Part shown: positions 1 through 10,189 of the stretch, piece after piece
Layout of the letters: every line of letters begins with the position of its first letter
Position numbering within the stretch: the stretch's first letter is position 1
Source of the DNA: Oceanispirochaeta sp.
GTDB lineage: Bacteria > Spirochaetota > Spirochaetia > DSM-2461
Assembly: GCA_963663385.2 (NCBI GenBank)
Contig: CAXXXD010000003.1
Location: 544,001-608,000 of the forward strand
Length of the DNA stretch: 64,000 nucleotides
Direction: 5' to 3'
Position numbers and translations under genes: made by a program
The notes under the pieces: generated by a model
What the model was told of the DNA's origin: nothing
Databases searched by the model: none
What the model saw: only the letters and a program-made list of their open reading frames with translations

Positions 1-1100
1 ATATTCTGACCCTCGAAACGGAGGGAGTCCAGCCGGTTTATCTCCCTTTCCAGAATCTGCTTTTTCTGCATAAGTCCGGTAATTTCCCTCTGTAAAGGTT
101 TGGCTTTTACCAGCCCCCGGATTTCACCTTCCAGGTCATTCAGAACCAGGGCAGTCCTCCAGTTACAGGTCTTTTTGATGGAGACTACATCGCCGTATAT
201 ATGGTCTCCCAGGTAGAGAATCTCACTACCCGAATAACCCAGATCCTGCTGCAGCTTGCCGAACCATCCACCCTGGAAGATTCCCTTGTCCACTTTTCCA
301 TTGTAATTACTCATCAGTCCTGTTTCCGGGTTAATCTTCAGGTAACGGCCGGTTCGTTCAAAAAAGCGCGGCTTGTCCGCAAATGTGATAACAAGCTCGA
401 AAACCTCCTGCCAGGTCCTGTGCTTTTTCAGATAGGGATTAAGGGAGTAATCCAGGAGCTGGCGGGTATAGGCATAATCCGAATTGGTGATAATCATCAG
501 TTTTTTGCCGTAATCCTTATAGCGTTCCAGCATCCCCGCAACCTGAGGATCCTGAATCACATAACGTTCAAAATCCTCTCTTAAACAGGATTTGATGCTG
601 TCATCCTGATGGAGCGTATCAATAACCTTATTAACATCGTCCGCCATAATATGAAAGGGCGGCATCTCTATCCCGTCGCTTTTCAACTGGACCAGCTGGG
701 AGAACAGGACCCCATTGGAAATGGCAAAGGATGTGTCCAGACTCTGAAAATCAGGATCCCGAAGATCTATGGCCATTTCCTGATAGATCTGCCGCTGTTT
801 ATGGAAATCCAGAGCCTTCAGGCCATGGTAGGCAATCTTTACCTTCCCGTGGCGGCTTACCTGAAGAAGGTTGCCGTTCCGCCGGTCGATGACAAGACCA
901 ACTATGGCTCTCTGAAAGTCAAAGGTCAGATCCGCCACTTCCGGGGGATAACCATAGCATTCTGCCAAACGCTGCGAAGCTAAACGGTGGGTCAGGGATT
1001 CGAACTCTTCCGCATTGTAGCGGACAAGGGTGTAATCCATATCAAAGCCTATTAATCTGATGTTCTTCATGTTGAGAACGCGGTTAATGAAAACGGGCAT
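1..1100 (-). CDS. HAD-IG family (cN-II-type) 5'-nucleotidase, 3' end runs off the window
   Basis: Not in the ORF track. Manual translation from ATG at 1100 gives MPVFINRVLNMKNIRLIGFDMDYTLVRY (HAD motif I DMDYTL) and LYLGDHIYGD near 185-220 (motif IV). It starts 7 bp after the ppk1 stop. Confidence 0.88.
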   Translation of the reverse strand, partial: MPVFINRVLNMKNIRLIGFDMDYTLVRYNAEEFESLTHRLASQRLAECYGYPPEVADLTFDFQRAIVGLVIDRRNGNLLQVSRHGKVKIAYHGLKALDFHKQRQIYQEMAIDLRDPDFQSLDTSFAISNGVLFSQLVQLKSDGIEMPPFHIMADDVNKVIDTLHQDDSIKSCLREDFERYVIQDPQVAGMLERYKDYGKKLMIITNSDYAYTRQLLDYSLNPYLKKHRTWQEVFELVITFADKPRFFERTGRYLKINPETGLMSNYNGKVDKGIFQGGWFGKLQQDLGYSGSEILYLGDHIYGDVVSIKKTCNWRTALVLNDLEGEIRGLVKAKPLQREITGLMQKKQILEREINRLDSLRFEGQN

Positions 1101-1107
1101 AACAAGT

Positions 1108-3198
1108 TTATCCTTTGGCTGTGTGTCTTACCAGATAATCGTATACGGCCTGCTGGGACAGGACAACATCTCCATCCGGGGGAACGGGTTGATATTCGTT
1201 TTTCAATTCACTATCCAGTATTCTGCCTTTTCGATTATCCTTCCATTGAATATCAAAAATGCTTTTTAATTCGTTTTTAATACTTTTCCGGTATATGGGA
1301 CAAGTCACTTCAATCCTGCGGTCAATATTTCTGCTGAGCCAGTCGGCAGACGTTATATAACAGAGGTTGTCCCCTCCGTTGCGGAATATAAAAAAACGGG
1401 CGTGTTCCAGGTATTGGTCAACAATGCTCAGGGCCTGGATATTTTCACTGAATCCCTCTACTCCGGTTACGAGAGAAAAACGGCTTCTGGCTATAATCTT
1501 TACCCTCACACCTGCGTTGGAAGCTTCATACAGTTTCTGTATAACCCCTTCATCACTCAGATTGTTCAGCTTCAGCCGTATGGTAGCCTTGATTCCCTGA
1601 CTGGCAAACTCTATTTCATTATCGATCAGTTCATATATTTTTTCCCGTAAACTGTAGGGAGAAACAACAAGGTGCTTACTCCTCCTGTGACGGTAGTTAT
1701 TTTCAAAGAAATCAAAAAGGGAATCCACTTCTTCACACAGCTCCTGGTGGGCGGTGATTAAAAAACAATCCGTATAGAGACGGGCTGTATCTTCATTCAG
1801 GTTTCCTGTTCCGATACCTCCGTAACGACGCATTTTACCCTTCTCCCTCCGGCTGATGAGGAGCAGTTTGGAATGAACCTTCAATCCTTCCACACCGAAA
1901 ATCACCTTAATCCCGTTGTCTTTGAGTATATTGGCCCAATAGATATTATTCTCTTCGTCAAAACGGGCTTTCAGTTCCAGGATAACAAGCACTTCCTTCC
2001 GGTTCTTTTTGGCATTTATCAGGGCATTCGCAACACTTGAGAATTTAGCCACCCTGTAGAGGGTTACCTTTATACCCTCCACATGGGGATCAATCGAAGC
2101 CTCCCGCAGAAGATCTATTACCGTATCAAAACTGTGATAGGGAAAGTAGAGAAGGGTATCCTTTGCCTTTATGGCGGAAAATATCTTTTTATTCTCGGGA
2201 AAATGCCTGTGATCTATAGGGGAATGGCTGTGGCAGCAGGGGAGGCCCACCAGTTTTGGAAAGCGGATAAAATCACTGAAATAGTGATACCTTCCACCGG
2301 CGGTTATGGTTTCGTATTTTCTGAAACGGAGCTTTTTTATAAATAATTCAAGGAAATCCTCGGGCATGGTGTTATCGTAGAGGAACCATATAGGGGCTCC
2401 CTCTTTTCTTTTCTGAACGCTCTGATTCACCCTGTTCAGATAGCTGACCGTAAGATCATCATCATCGATTTCCAGTTCCGAGTCCCGTACCACCTTGATG
2501 TTCCAGGCTTCTATCCCGACGTATTTATGATCCTTGAATATGGAATGGAGGCCGATCCGTACTATTTCATCAATCAGGATGATGCACTTCTTATCACTGC
2601 TGCCCGGCAGTTTAATAAAGCGGGGAATAACTTTGGTGGGAATTTCAATGATGGAGTATTTCTTCATCAGTTCTCCCTTAACCATTTTTTTCAGTTCCAC
2701 CGCCAGGTAGAGGGTTTTGTCTTTAAGATCGGGAAGACGGTAGCGCTGATCAATCATAATGGGAAAAATCTTATGACGGACTTCCTTTTCAAAATACTTG
2801 ATAACGTAGGCTTTCTGTTCATCCGTCAGATGATGATCGTCCAGAATAAAGATGTTCTCCTTGGTCATCTCCCCGAACAGAACTTTCAGGGTTTTGTTAA
2901 AGCGGTCCCTTTGAGCATTAACTACATTCTGAATATTTGTCAGAGCCTGCCCCGGGGGTTCTTTAAGAGCTATCTCCCCCTCCTGTCCCATCTGGCAGAG
3001 TCTTCTCATCATGGCAACCCGGACACGGAAAAACTCATCCAGGTTGGAAGAGTATATTCCCATAAACTTCATCCGTTCCCCCAGGGGATTCCGGGGATCC
3101 TCAGCCTCCTGCAGCACTCTTTCGTTAAATGAGAGCCAGCTGATTTCCTTGTTGGTATAAGGGTAGTTCCGGGTTTTACTTTTTTTAGCTCTGTTCAT
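1108..3198 (-). CDS. ppk1: Polyphosphate kinase 1
   Basis: 696 aa. Motifs ISWLSFNERVL, SNLDEFFRVRVA, ELKARFDEENNI, KVHSK and LEHAR. Confidence 0.97.
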   Translation of the reverse strand: MNRAKKSKTRNYPYTNKEISWLSFNERVLQEAEDPRNPLGERMKFMGIYSSNLDEFFRVRVAMMRRLCQMGQEGEIALKEPPGQALTNIQNVVNAQRDRFNKTLKVLFGEMTKENIFILDDHHLTDEQKAYVIKYFEKEVRHKIFPIMIDQRYRLPDLKDKTLYLAVELKKMVKGELMKKYSIIEIPTKVIPRFIKLPGSSDKKCIILIDEIVRIGLHSIFKDHKYVGIEAWNIKVVRDSELEIDDDDLTVSYLNRVNQSVQKRKEGAPIWFLYDNTMPEDFLELFIKKLRFRKYETITAGGRYHYFSDFIRFPKLVGLPCCHSHSPIDHRHFPENKKIFSAIKAKDTLLYFPYHSFDTVIDLLREASIDPHVEGIKVTLYRVAKFSSVANALINAKKNRKEVLVILELKARFDEENNIYWANILKDNGIKVIFGVEGLKVHSKLLLISRREKGKMRRYGGIGTGNLNEDTARLYTDCFLITAHQELCEEVDSLFDFFENNYRHRRSKHLVVSPYSLREKIYELIDNEIEFASQGIKATIRLKLNNLSDEGVIQKLYEASNAGVRVKIIARSRFSLVTGVEGFSENIQALSIVDQYLEHARFFIFRNGGDNLCYITSADWLSRNIDRRIEVTCPIYRKSIKNELKSIFDIQWKDNRKGRILDSELKNEYQPVPPDGDVVLSQQAVYDYLVRHTAKG

Positions 3199-3210
3199 TC
3201 ATTTATCCTG

Positions 3211-4290
3211 TTATCTGGTACTCATATTCTTCGGCAGCCTGTCGCCGAAACATGTATCGACGGAGCGGGCCTGGCCAATCAGCGGATGATCAACAGGAAC
3301 CATTTTTGTTTTGCCTGCCACATCCTTCAAGGGAATGGCTGTAAGGTCATACCCCTCAAAGGCAGCCATTTTACCGAAATCCCCTTTGACTGCCATTTCG
3401 GCGGCAAATGCGCCGAGGCGTGTGGCAATTACCCTGTCAGCGGGAGAAGGCGATCCTCCCCGCTGAATATAGCCGAGTATTGTTTCTCTTGTTTCGAACC
3501 CGGTCAGTTCCTGGATTTTCTTTGCCACATAGGTTCCGGCAGATATGGTCCTCTTCTTGCCGTTGGCTTTGGGAGGAATCCTGATTCCTTCGGCAACCAC
3601 AACAATGGAGTAGGGTTTTCCCGCATCCGCCCTTCTTTTCAGATATTTTTTTAGAATTTTAGGCTCCCAGTCTATTTCGGGCAGGAGAATGACATCTCCT
3701 CCGCCGGCTATACCGGAATAAAGAGTGAGCCAGCCTGTGTGATGCCCCATCACTTCTACAACCATGATCCTTTTATGTGAGTTGGCTGTGGTATGCATCC
3801 TGTCTATCGCTTCCGTCGCGATGGTTACAGCTGAATCGAATCCGAAGGTCATATCTGTTCCCCACACATCATTATCGATTGTTTTGGGTATGCCTATGAC
3901 GTTAAGCCCGAGTTCCTGCAGTTTCCCGGCGGTTTTCATTGTTCCGTTTCCGCCTATGCAGATTAGCCCGTCCAGCCCTATTTCGTTATAATTGTCAATA
4001 ATCCGCTCGGGTTTACTCTGGACGTATTCATCATATTCATTGTGTTTAAAGGGTTTCTCCCGGGAGGTGCCCAGTATGGTTCCCCCTACTGTCAGAATAC
4101 CGGAAAGGGACTTTTCGTCCAGTTCCATATACTCCTTATTAATCAATCCAAGGTAGCCGGAAGAGAAACCGTAAACTTTCATCCCGTATTTGAGCAGGGC
4201 CGCTTTACCAACCCCTCTGATGGCGGCATTGAGACCGGGACAGTCGCCTCCGGCAGTTAGAATTCCTATTTTCAACTGTTTTTCTGACAT
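3211..4290 (-). CDS. pfkA: 6-phosphofructokinase (PfkA family, probably ATP-dependent)
   Basis: Motifs GGDCPGLN, GGTILGTSR, GGNGT, PKTIDND and GYIQRGG. Confidence 0.95.
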   Translation of the reverse strand: MSEKQLKIGILTAGGDCPGLNAAIRGVGKAALLKYGMKVYGFSSGYLGLINKEYMELDEKSLSGILTVGGTILGTSREKPFKHNEYDEYVQSKPERIIDNYNEIGLDGLICIGGNGTMKTAGKLQELGLNVIGIPKTIDNDVWGTDMTFGFDSAVTIATEAIDRMHTTANSHKRIMVVEVMGHHTGWLTLYSGIAGGGDVILLPEIDWEPKILKKYLKRRADAGKPYSIVVVAEGIRIPPKANGKKRTISAGTYVAKKIQELTGFETRETILGYIQRGGSPSPADRVIATRLGAFAAEMAVKGDFGKMAAFEGYDLTAIPLKDVAGKTKMVPVDHPLIGQARSVDTCFGDRLPKNMSTR

Positions 4291-4378
4291 ATGCTCTCCA
4301 TTATACGGGTGAATATTAGAAAATTGTTAATACTCATAAGTATATAGTATTTGGAGAGTGTATGTCAGAAGAACTCAT

Positions 4379-5467
4379 CTAGGTCAGGGAAAAACAGAGG
4401 GTCCTTCGGTTTCTGTACTCTTCCATGGCATAATCAGCCAAATCATCCAGCAGGTCCGTATAGGATAACCCGTCCGCCTCACACATGAGAGCAAACATAC
4501 TTATATTTGTAAAACCGGGGATGGTATTTATTTCGTTCAGATAAACTCCGCCGTTCCTGTTATCCAGAAAAAAATCCACCCGGGCCATACCGCGGCATTC
4601 CAGGGCCTTATAGGCATCTATCGCTATCCTGCGTACTTTATCCGACAGATCCTGGCTTATACCGGCAGGAATAATGAGGGCTGCTCCGTCGGGATCGATA
4701 TACTTTGCTTCGTAATCGTAGAACTCATGAGAGGGGCGCAGTTCTCCCGGGGGAAAAGAGCGGGGATCCCTGTTCCCGATAACGGAACATTCGATTTCTC
4801 TGGCATCAACGGCCGGTTCTATGAGAATCTTGTTATCATAGCGCAGGGCTTCTTCCGCAGCCTGTCGAAATCCGTCCCTGCTATCCACACGGGAAACCCC
4901 TACTGATGAACCGGACTGGGAAGGCTTTATAAAAAGAGGCAGTTCGAAAGTTTCAACCATCTTATCTGTCAGAGTATTCCACGAAAAACCGGAGGCAAGG
5001 GTTTCCTGTTTCCGCAGGGTTCTGAAAGGGACAACAGGCAATTTGTGATGCTCCCATACGATTTTGGCAATATCCTTGTCCATGCCAAGGTAGCTGCCTC
5101 CAACGGTAGCGCCTATATAGGGCAGGTCTGCAATTTCCAGGAGTCCCTGAATTGTTCCATCCTCTCCGAAGGTTCCATGAAGAACGGGAAAAACCAGGTC
5201 TATATCAAGCTTCTCTCCTCCGCAGTAGAGTCCCCGGGCAGGTATTGCTGAAACCGTATTATCGGGGTCTTCCAGAATAGTCAGAGCCTCTCCTGATGAT
5301 TCAGGTGCCTTCTGCAGGAACCAGACTCCCGATTTGTTTATGCCAATCAGGGTTATCTCATACAGATCTTTTTTCAGATGATTCAGGACAGATGCTGCGG
5401 AACGGAGAGATACTTCATGTTCTCCCGAGCGTCCGCCGTAAAGTAGTGCAATGGATCTTTTACTCAT
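4379..5467 (-). CDS. ddl: D-alanine--D-alanine ligase
   Basis: Motifs GGRSGEHEVS, LHGTFGEDG, GSSVG, YDYEAKY and NEINTIPG. Start moved to ATG 5467 (MSKRSI). Confidence 0.95.
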   Translation of the reverse strand: MSKRSIALLYGGRSGEHEVSLRSAASVLNHLKKDLYEITLIGINKSGVWFLQKAPESSGEALTILEDPDNTVSAIPARGLYCGGEKLDIDLVFPVLHGTFGEDGTIQGLLEIADLPYIGATVGGSYLGMDKDIAKIVWEHHKLPVVPFRTLRKQETLASGFSWNTLTDKMVETFELPLFIKPSQSGSSVGVSRVDSRDGFRQAAEEALRYDNKILIEPAVDAREIECSVIGNRDPRSFPPGELRPSHEFYDYEAKYIDPDGAALIIPAGISQDLSDKVRRIAIDAYKALECRGMARVDFFLDNRNGGVYLNEINTIPGFTNISMFALMCEADGLSYTDLLDDLADYAMEEYRNRRTLCFSLT

Positions 5468-5573
5468 GTTCGAAACGTTAACATTTTTTTCAGCCCTTCT
5501 CAAGAGAACCGGATCATGTTATTCTGCCTTTAAATTGGGAATATCCTTTTCAGGGATTCTCCCGGAGGATTTC

Positions 5574-6023
5574 ATGGATCTCTTTACTTTTAATCCCCTT
5601 ATACTTTCGGGGTTTATGGGGATGGTTATTGCACAGCTTGCCAAATTCCTTTTAATACTTGCCCTGGAAAGGCGTGCCGCCTGGGACCGGATGACAGAAA
5701 CCGGGGGGATGCCTTCATCCCATGCTGCAACCGTTGCAGCTTTAACTACAGCCTGCGGACTGACCTATGGTGTAGAAAGCGCTTATTTTGCCATTTCCTT
5801 TGTCTTCGGCGCTATTGTTATTTACGATGCCACCGGAGTCAGACGGGCGGCAGGGCGGCATGCGGAAATTCTGAACAGCCTTATTACCGAGCTTTCCCAT
5901 CTTTTTGAGGAGGGAGACAAACCCAAGGCGCTTAAAACCCTTCTGGGGCATACCTATCCTCAGGTTGCCGTAGGGACACTTCTGGGTGTTCTGGTCGGTT
6001 ATGCCTGTACAGGCAGTTTCTAA
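5574..6023 (+). CDS. Divergent PAP2 family membrane protein (DUF212)
   Basis: Motifs TGGMPSSH, YDATGVRR and LGHT..QV. GGAGGA RBS precedes ATG 5574. Confidence 0.9.
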   Translation: MDLFTFNPLILSGFMGMVIAQLAKFLLILALERRAAWDRMTETGGMPSSHAATVAALTTACGLTYGVESAYFAISFVFGAIVIYDATGVRRAAGRHAEILNSLITELSHLFEEGDKPKALKTLLGHTYPQVAVGTLLGVLVGYACTGSF

Positions 6024-6036
6024 ATCACTACTCGAT

Positions 6037-6088
6037 AATCAGTTATACTTTAAATCAGTTATACTTTAAATCAGTTATACTTTAAATC
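6037..6088. repeat. Perfect tandem repeat, unit AATCAGTTATACTTTA x3.25
   Basis: Read directly: copies start at 6037, 6053 and 6069, followed by a partial AATC. Confidence 0.95.
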
Positions 6089-6139
6089 CTCCGTCCCCTA
6101 TACCTGAACCGCCGGTACAGGAAGAGGTCCGGGTTAAAT

Positions 6140-6166
6140 AAAAAAAGGCTGCCCCTCCGGGCAGCC
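6140..6166 (-). terminator. Intrinsic terminator after murE
   Basis: GGCTGCCC-ctcc-GGGCAGCC stem preceded by an A-run on the + strand (U-tail on the - strand). Confidence 0.8.
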
Positions 6167-6186
6167 CTGGCTTTCCTGAATTGAAA

Positions 6187-7701
6187 CTATCTTATTTTAT
6201 ATCCCATTTCTTTAAGCAGGTCTTCCAGAACGGATTTTTCATCCCAGGGGCGGGCCCCGTCATCGTAGATAATGGAACTTTCATGCCCCTTGCCCAGGGC
6301 CAGAACCATATCTCCCTCCTTTGCCATGGAAAGAGCCTTCTTCATGGCTTCCCTGCGATCGGGAATGAGGAAAAGGTCTTTGTCCGGAGTCTTATGAGAA
6401 ATCCCTTCAGAAATATCCCTCAGGATATCCATGGGATCTTCCCCGCGGGGGTCCTCATCACAGAGAAAGATAATATCCGCATATTCTTCGGCTATCTCTC
6501 CCTGTTCACTCCGTTTCTCCACATCCCGTTCTCCCGCTGATCCGAAAAGAACAATCAGCCGGCCTTTTGTGTCATTTTTAATCATGGGGAAAAGTTTTTC
6601 AAAAGAACCGGGGGTATGAGCGTAATCCACCATAACATCAAAGGGCATATCCCCTTCGACCGGACTCATCCGGCCTTTGACTCCCACCAGTCTGTTCAGG
6701 TACCCGGTCATGTCCATAATATCCTCTTCCAGCAGTTCTGATACAACCAGCACCGCAGCCATGACATTCTCTACATTGAACATCCCCGGCATATTGAGCT
6801 TTACCTCTCTTTTGCCGTTGGGAACATTGAGGGTAAAAGTAATATTCTGATGATCCGAGGAGTAATCACTGCCCCAGAGGTCGGTTTCCTTATTTTTCAG
6901 GCTATAGAGGAACACCGGCTTTTCACCGATGGCATCCATATAAATTTCACTCCACTGGGTATCATCATTAATAACGCCAAAGGCGTCATCATTGGGAGAG
7001 GAGGCTACCATTTTAAACAGATTGGCCTTGTCCAGGCGGTACTGCTCGATACTGCCGTGGAATTCCAGGTGTTCATGGGTGATATTCGTCAGTACGGCGG
7101 CATCGAATTCCACATCAGCCAGACGGGAATTCTTTTCGGACAACCCGTGGGATGTCGCTTCCAGAATGGCATAATCCTTTCCGTTATCCACCATCTCTCT
7201 GAGAATCTTGTGAATAAGAGTCGCCTCCGGCGTGGACTGCCTGTAGGGATTGGGAACAATTCTGTCTCCGGACTTGTAATTGACTGTGGACAGAAATCCC
7301 GCTTTTTCCCCGGAGAACTCCAGAAGCTGATGGATAAATGAAACGGTGGAGCTTTTTCCGTCTGTTCCTGTAACTCCTACCACCTTCAGTTTTCTGGAGG
7401 GATAGTCATAATAGGCCGCCGACAGGGGCGACATGGCCTTCCGGCAGTTTTCAACCTGAACATAGGTTATGCCATCCGTATAAAATCCCAGATCCCGGGA
7501 GTGAACAATCACGCCGGCTCCCTTATGAATGGCATCGGCAATATAATCATGGCCGTCTGTATGAACCCCTTCCAGAGCGAAAAAGAGAGAACCTTCGCTG
7601 ATATTTCTGGAATCATACTCCAGAGAGCTTACCGTTTTCTCCATGTCTCCCCGGGTTTTTAGGGGTTTTATGTCCTGAATAATTTCCTGAATAGTTTTCA
7701 T
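6187..7701 (-). CDS. murE: UDP-MurNAc-tripeptide synthetase MurE
   Basis: Motifs GVTGTDGKSS, STPE, EATSHGL, DYAHTP, DEDPR and GKGHE. Confidence 0.95.
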   Translation of the reverse strand: MKTIQEIIQDIKPLKTRGDMEKTVSSLEYDSRNISEGSLFFALEGVHTDGHDYIADAIHKGAGVIVHSRDLGFYTDGITYVQVENCRKAMSPLSAAYYDYPSRKLKVVGVTGTDGKSSTVSFIHQLLEFSGEKAGFLSTVNYKSGDRIVPNPYRQSTPEATLIHKILREMVDNGKDYAILEATSHGLSEKNSRLADVEFDAAVLTNITHEHLEFHGSIEQYRLDKANLFKMVASSPNDDAFGVINDDTQWSEIYMDAIGEKPVFLYSLKNKETDLWGSDYSSDHQNITFTLNVPNGKREVKLNMPGMFNVENVMAAVLVVSELLEEDIMDMTGYLNRLVGVKGRMSPVEGDMPFDVMVDYAHTPGSFEKLFPMIKNDTKGRLIVLFGSAGERDVEKRSEQGEIAEEYADIIFLCDEDPRGEDPMDILRDISEGISHKTPDKDLFLIPDRREAMKKALSMAKEGDMVLALGKGHESSIIYDDGARPWDEKSVLEDLLKEMGYKIR

Positions 7702-7742
7702 TCCAATATGTTAACAGTACCATCTGGCAAATTCAAGAGAAA

Positions 7743-9299
7743 TCAGAGGGAAGCCATTATGGAGAGAGCTGCTTTAAGTCCGTCCGAAGCAGAGCTGATG
7801 ATTCCCCCTGCATAGCCGGATGCCTCGCCGCAGATAAAGAGGTTCTCCGTTCCCTCTGTCAGACCGGAATCCCTGTCCCGGACAACCTGGATGGGAGAGG
7901 AGGTTTTACTCTCCAGTCCCATCAGCTGACCAGAGTCAAATCCCGGCAGCCTGCGGCATATATCATCAAGCCCTGTTCTCAGGGATTCAGCCACGGCTTC
8001 GGGAACCAGTTTCCCAAGATCCCGGGGAATTAAACCGGGCTGGTAGGAGCTCTCTTTCAGAGGGATCTCCTGTTTTTTCCCGAGAAAATCCCTGATCGCC
8101 ATAGCCGGGGCTTTATATCCGGAAGCTGTTTCAAAAAAACTGTTTTCCAGGTTTTTCAGCCAGTTCAGACTTTCCACAGCATTGAACTTTCTGCCTGTCA
8201 GCTTCTCAAGGGATATTCCCGCCACCAGGGCGGCATTGGCAAAGCGGCCGTCCCGTTTATAAAAGCTCATCCCGTTTACAATATTCTGATCCTTATATGC
8301 AGCGGCCGGAACAACTTTACCTCCGGGACACATACAGAAGGTATAGACAGGCAGAGGAGCCTGGCCGGATGTCAGCCTGTATTCCGCCGCCTTGACCCCG
8401 GGTAGGGCGGAGCATCCCCACTGTATCTTATTAATAAGCTCCTGCGGGTGTTCCATTCTGAAACCGAGGGCAAAGTTCTTGGCACGGAAGTCTATGTCCT
8501 TTCGAATCAGCATCCTGTAGCTGTCAAAGGAGGAATGTCCTGTCGCCAGTAGGGCAAAATCGCAGCTGTAGCTATTCCCTCCAGAGGTAACGGAACAGAC
8601 TTTTCTGTTCCTGATATCCAGGTCTGTCACCGTACAGCCGAAGTGAATTTCTCCTCCCGCTTCCTGAAAGGTTTTCCGCATATTGGCTGCAATGCGGATC
8701 AGGTTGTCGCTGCCGATATGGGGATGGGTCAGGTAAAGTATCTCTTCCGGGGCGCCCTGACGAACAAACTCTTCCAGAATATACTGTTTTTCCCTTTTTA
8801 TATGTTTGCTCCGGGAAGTGAGTTTCCCGTCGGAAAAAGTTCCGGCTCCTCCTTCCCCGAAGCTGTAATTACTGTCGGGTGTAAATATCCCCTTTTCCTC
8901 CAGTTTCTGAATATCCTTTTTCCTCTGTTCCACAGGCTGTCCCCGTTCCAGCAGGGTAACCTGAATACCCGACTGCTGCAGAAAAAGGGCTGCAAAAATC
9001 CCGGCGGGTCCCGTTCCCGCAATGACAGCTCTCTTTCCTGTCTGCACTTTTCGGGGATAAAGGGGCGTAACGGGACGGCTCCCAGTATTAACGGAGGGCA
9101 TATTTAGCAGGGGGGAGCTGACCAGAACACGGATCTGCCAGTGAATCCTGTCTTTTCGTCTTGAATCCAGGCTTTTTCTTATGATCTTATAGGAAAAATC
9201 CTGTATCCGGATCTGCTTCCGGATGGCAAGATTCAGATCTCCCTCGCTGTAGCCGCAGGGGAGTTTTATATCGATCTCGTTTTGTCCTGTTTTTTTCAT
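7743..9299 (-). CDS. Uncharacterised FAD-dependent oxidoreductase (COG2509-like)
   Basis: GTGPAG dinucleotide motif, FGEGGAGTFSDGKL, TFCMCPGG and GEASGYAGGI. Confidence 0.85.
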   Translation of the reverse strand: MKKTGQNEIDIKLPCGYSEGDLNLAIRKQIRIQDFSYKIIRKSLDSRRKDRIHWQIRVLVSSPLLNMPSVNTGSRPVTPLYPRKVQTGKRAVIAGTGPAGIFAALFLQQSGIQVTLLERGQPVEQRKKDIQKLEEKGIFTPDSNYSFGEGGAGTFSDGKLTSRSKHIKREKQYILEEFVRQGAPEEILYLTHPHIGSDNLIRIAANMRKTFQEAGGEIHFGCTVTDLDIRNRKVCSVTSGGNSYSCDFALLATGHSSFDSYRMLIRKDIDFRAKNFALGFRMEHPQELINKIQWGCSALPGVKAAEYRLTSGQAPLPVYTFCMCPGGKVVPAAAYKDQNIVNGMSFYKRDGRFANAALVAGISLEKLTGRKFNAVESLNWLKNLENSFFETASGYKAPAMAIRDFLGKKQEIPLKESSYQPGLIPRDLGKLVPEAVAESLRTGLDDICRRLPGFDSGQLMGLESKTSSPIQVVRDRDSGLTEGTENLFICGEASGYAGGIISSASDGLKAALSIMASL

Positions 9300-10189
9300 C
9301 TTTTATTTTCCTTAATAAAACGGCCGACCTCCTCCAGATCCGGAAGAGCGGCATGTCCTTTTCCTGTGCATTTTACTGCTGCCGCTGCCATAGCCGTATC
9401 AAGGGCTTCCGGAAGGGACTGCTTCAGATAAAGAGCCGCGGCCAAAGCTCCATGAAAGGTGTCCCCGGCACCGGTCGTATCTACGGCTTTAACAGAAAAG
9501 GCCGGTTTGTTTACGGGGCCGTCTGCATTGTAAAGCCAGAGACCTTCCGGTCCGTGTGTTACAATTATGTTTCCCCCGTAAGATTTATATAGTGCGGCAG
9601 CCTGTTTTTCCGGTTGGGCCAGAGTGGTGATCTTTCTGCCCAGATCACAGGATATGGCACAGTAGTCAGCCAGAGAAATCAATTTGTCCCTGAAGGGGTG
9701 GCAGTTGTTGGGACTGACATCCAGTACAATCGGTATATTACGCGAAGCTGCTTCCTCTGCCCATTCCACAGAGTTTTCTATCCAGCTCCCGTCCAGGAGA
9801 AGCAGGGAAATCCCATTCAGCCGGGGCCGGAGTTCCTTCCGGTACCCCATACCACGGATCCCTCTTTTATGAAAAATGGTTCGCCTGCCGTCCGGGGTTG
9901 TCATAATCTGACTGACAGGGGTTTCTCCTTCGGGAAAACGGAGGGACTGGCCGGTTGCCACGCCCTTTTCCCTCATGTACTTTTCCAGTAAATCTCCCTC
10001 TTCATCCTTTCCGAGGGCACCGTAGTAAGAGGAGGGCGCCCCTAGACGGGAGGAGGCGATAAGAGCATTCAGGGTCATTCCTCCGGGGACAGTCAAACTG
10101 CTTTTTATATAGCTCGTCTCTTCCTGTTCCGGCCAGTGGCTAATATAGTGTATCCTGTCAAGGGAGCTTCCGCCGAATCCGCCTATCAT
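9296..10189 (-). CDS. PfkB/ribokinase family carbohydrate kinase
   Basis: N-terminal PGG..N motif and C-terminal VDTTGAGDTF. Overlaps the next gene by 4 bp. Confidence 0.9.
   Translation of the reverse strand: MIGGFGGSSLDRIHYISHWPEQEETSYIKSSLTVPGGMTLNALIASSRLGAPSSYYGALGKDEEGDLLEKYMREKGVATGQSLRFPEGETPVSQIMTTPDGRRTIFHKRGIRGMGYRKELRPRLNGISLLLLDGSWIENSVEWAEEAASRNIPIVLDVSPNNCHPFRDKLISLADYCAISCDLGRKITTLAQPEKQAAALYKSYGGNIIVTHGPEGLWLYNADGPVNKPAFSVKAVDTTGAGDTFHGALAAALYLKQSLPEALDTAMAAAAVKCTGKGHAALPDLEEVGRFIKENKR

Noticed and set aside
201..983. + strand ORFs of 127 aa and 124 aa
   Set aside because: They are antisense shadows of the - strand HAD nucleotidase.
985..1010. GGTGGGTCAGGGATTCGAACTC resembles the reverse complement of a tRNA 3' end
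   Set aside because: It lies inside the nucleotidase reading frame and no cloverleaf can be built.
6037..6088. Possible CRISPR repeats
   Set aside because: The 16-bp units are contiguous with no spacers, and there are no cas genes.
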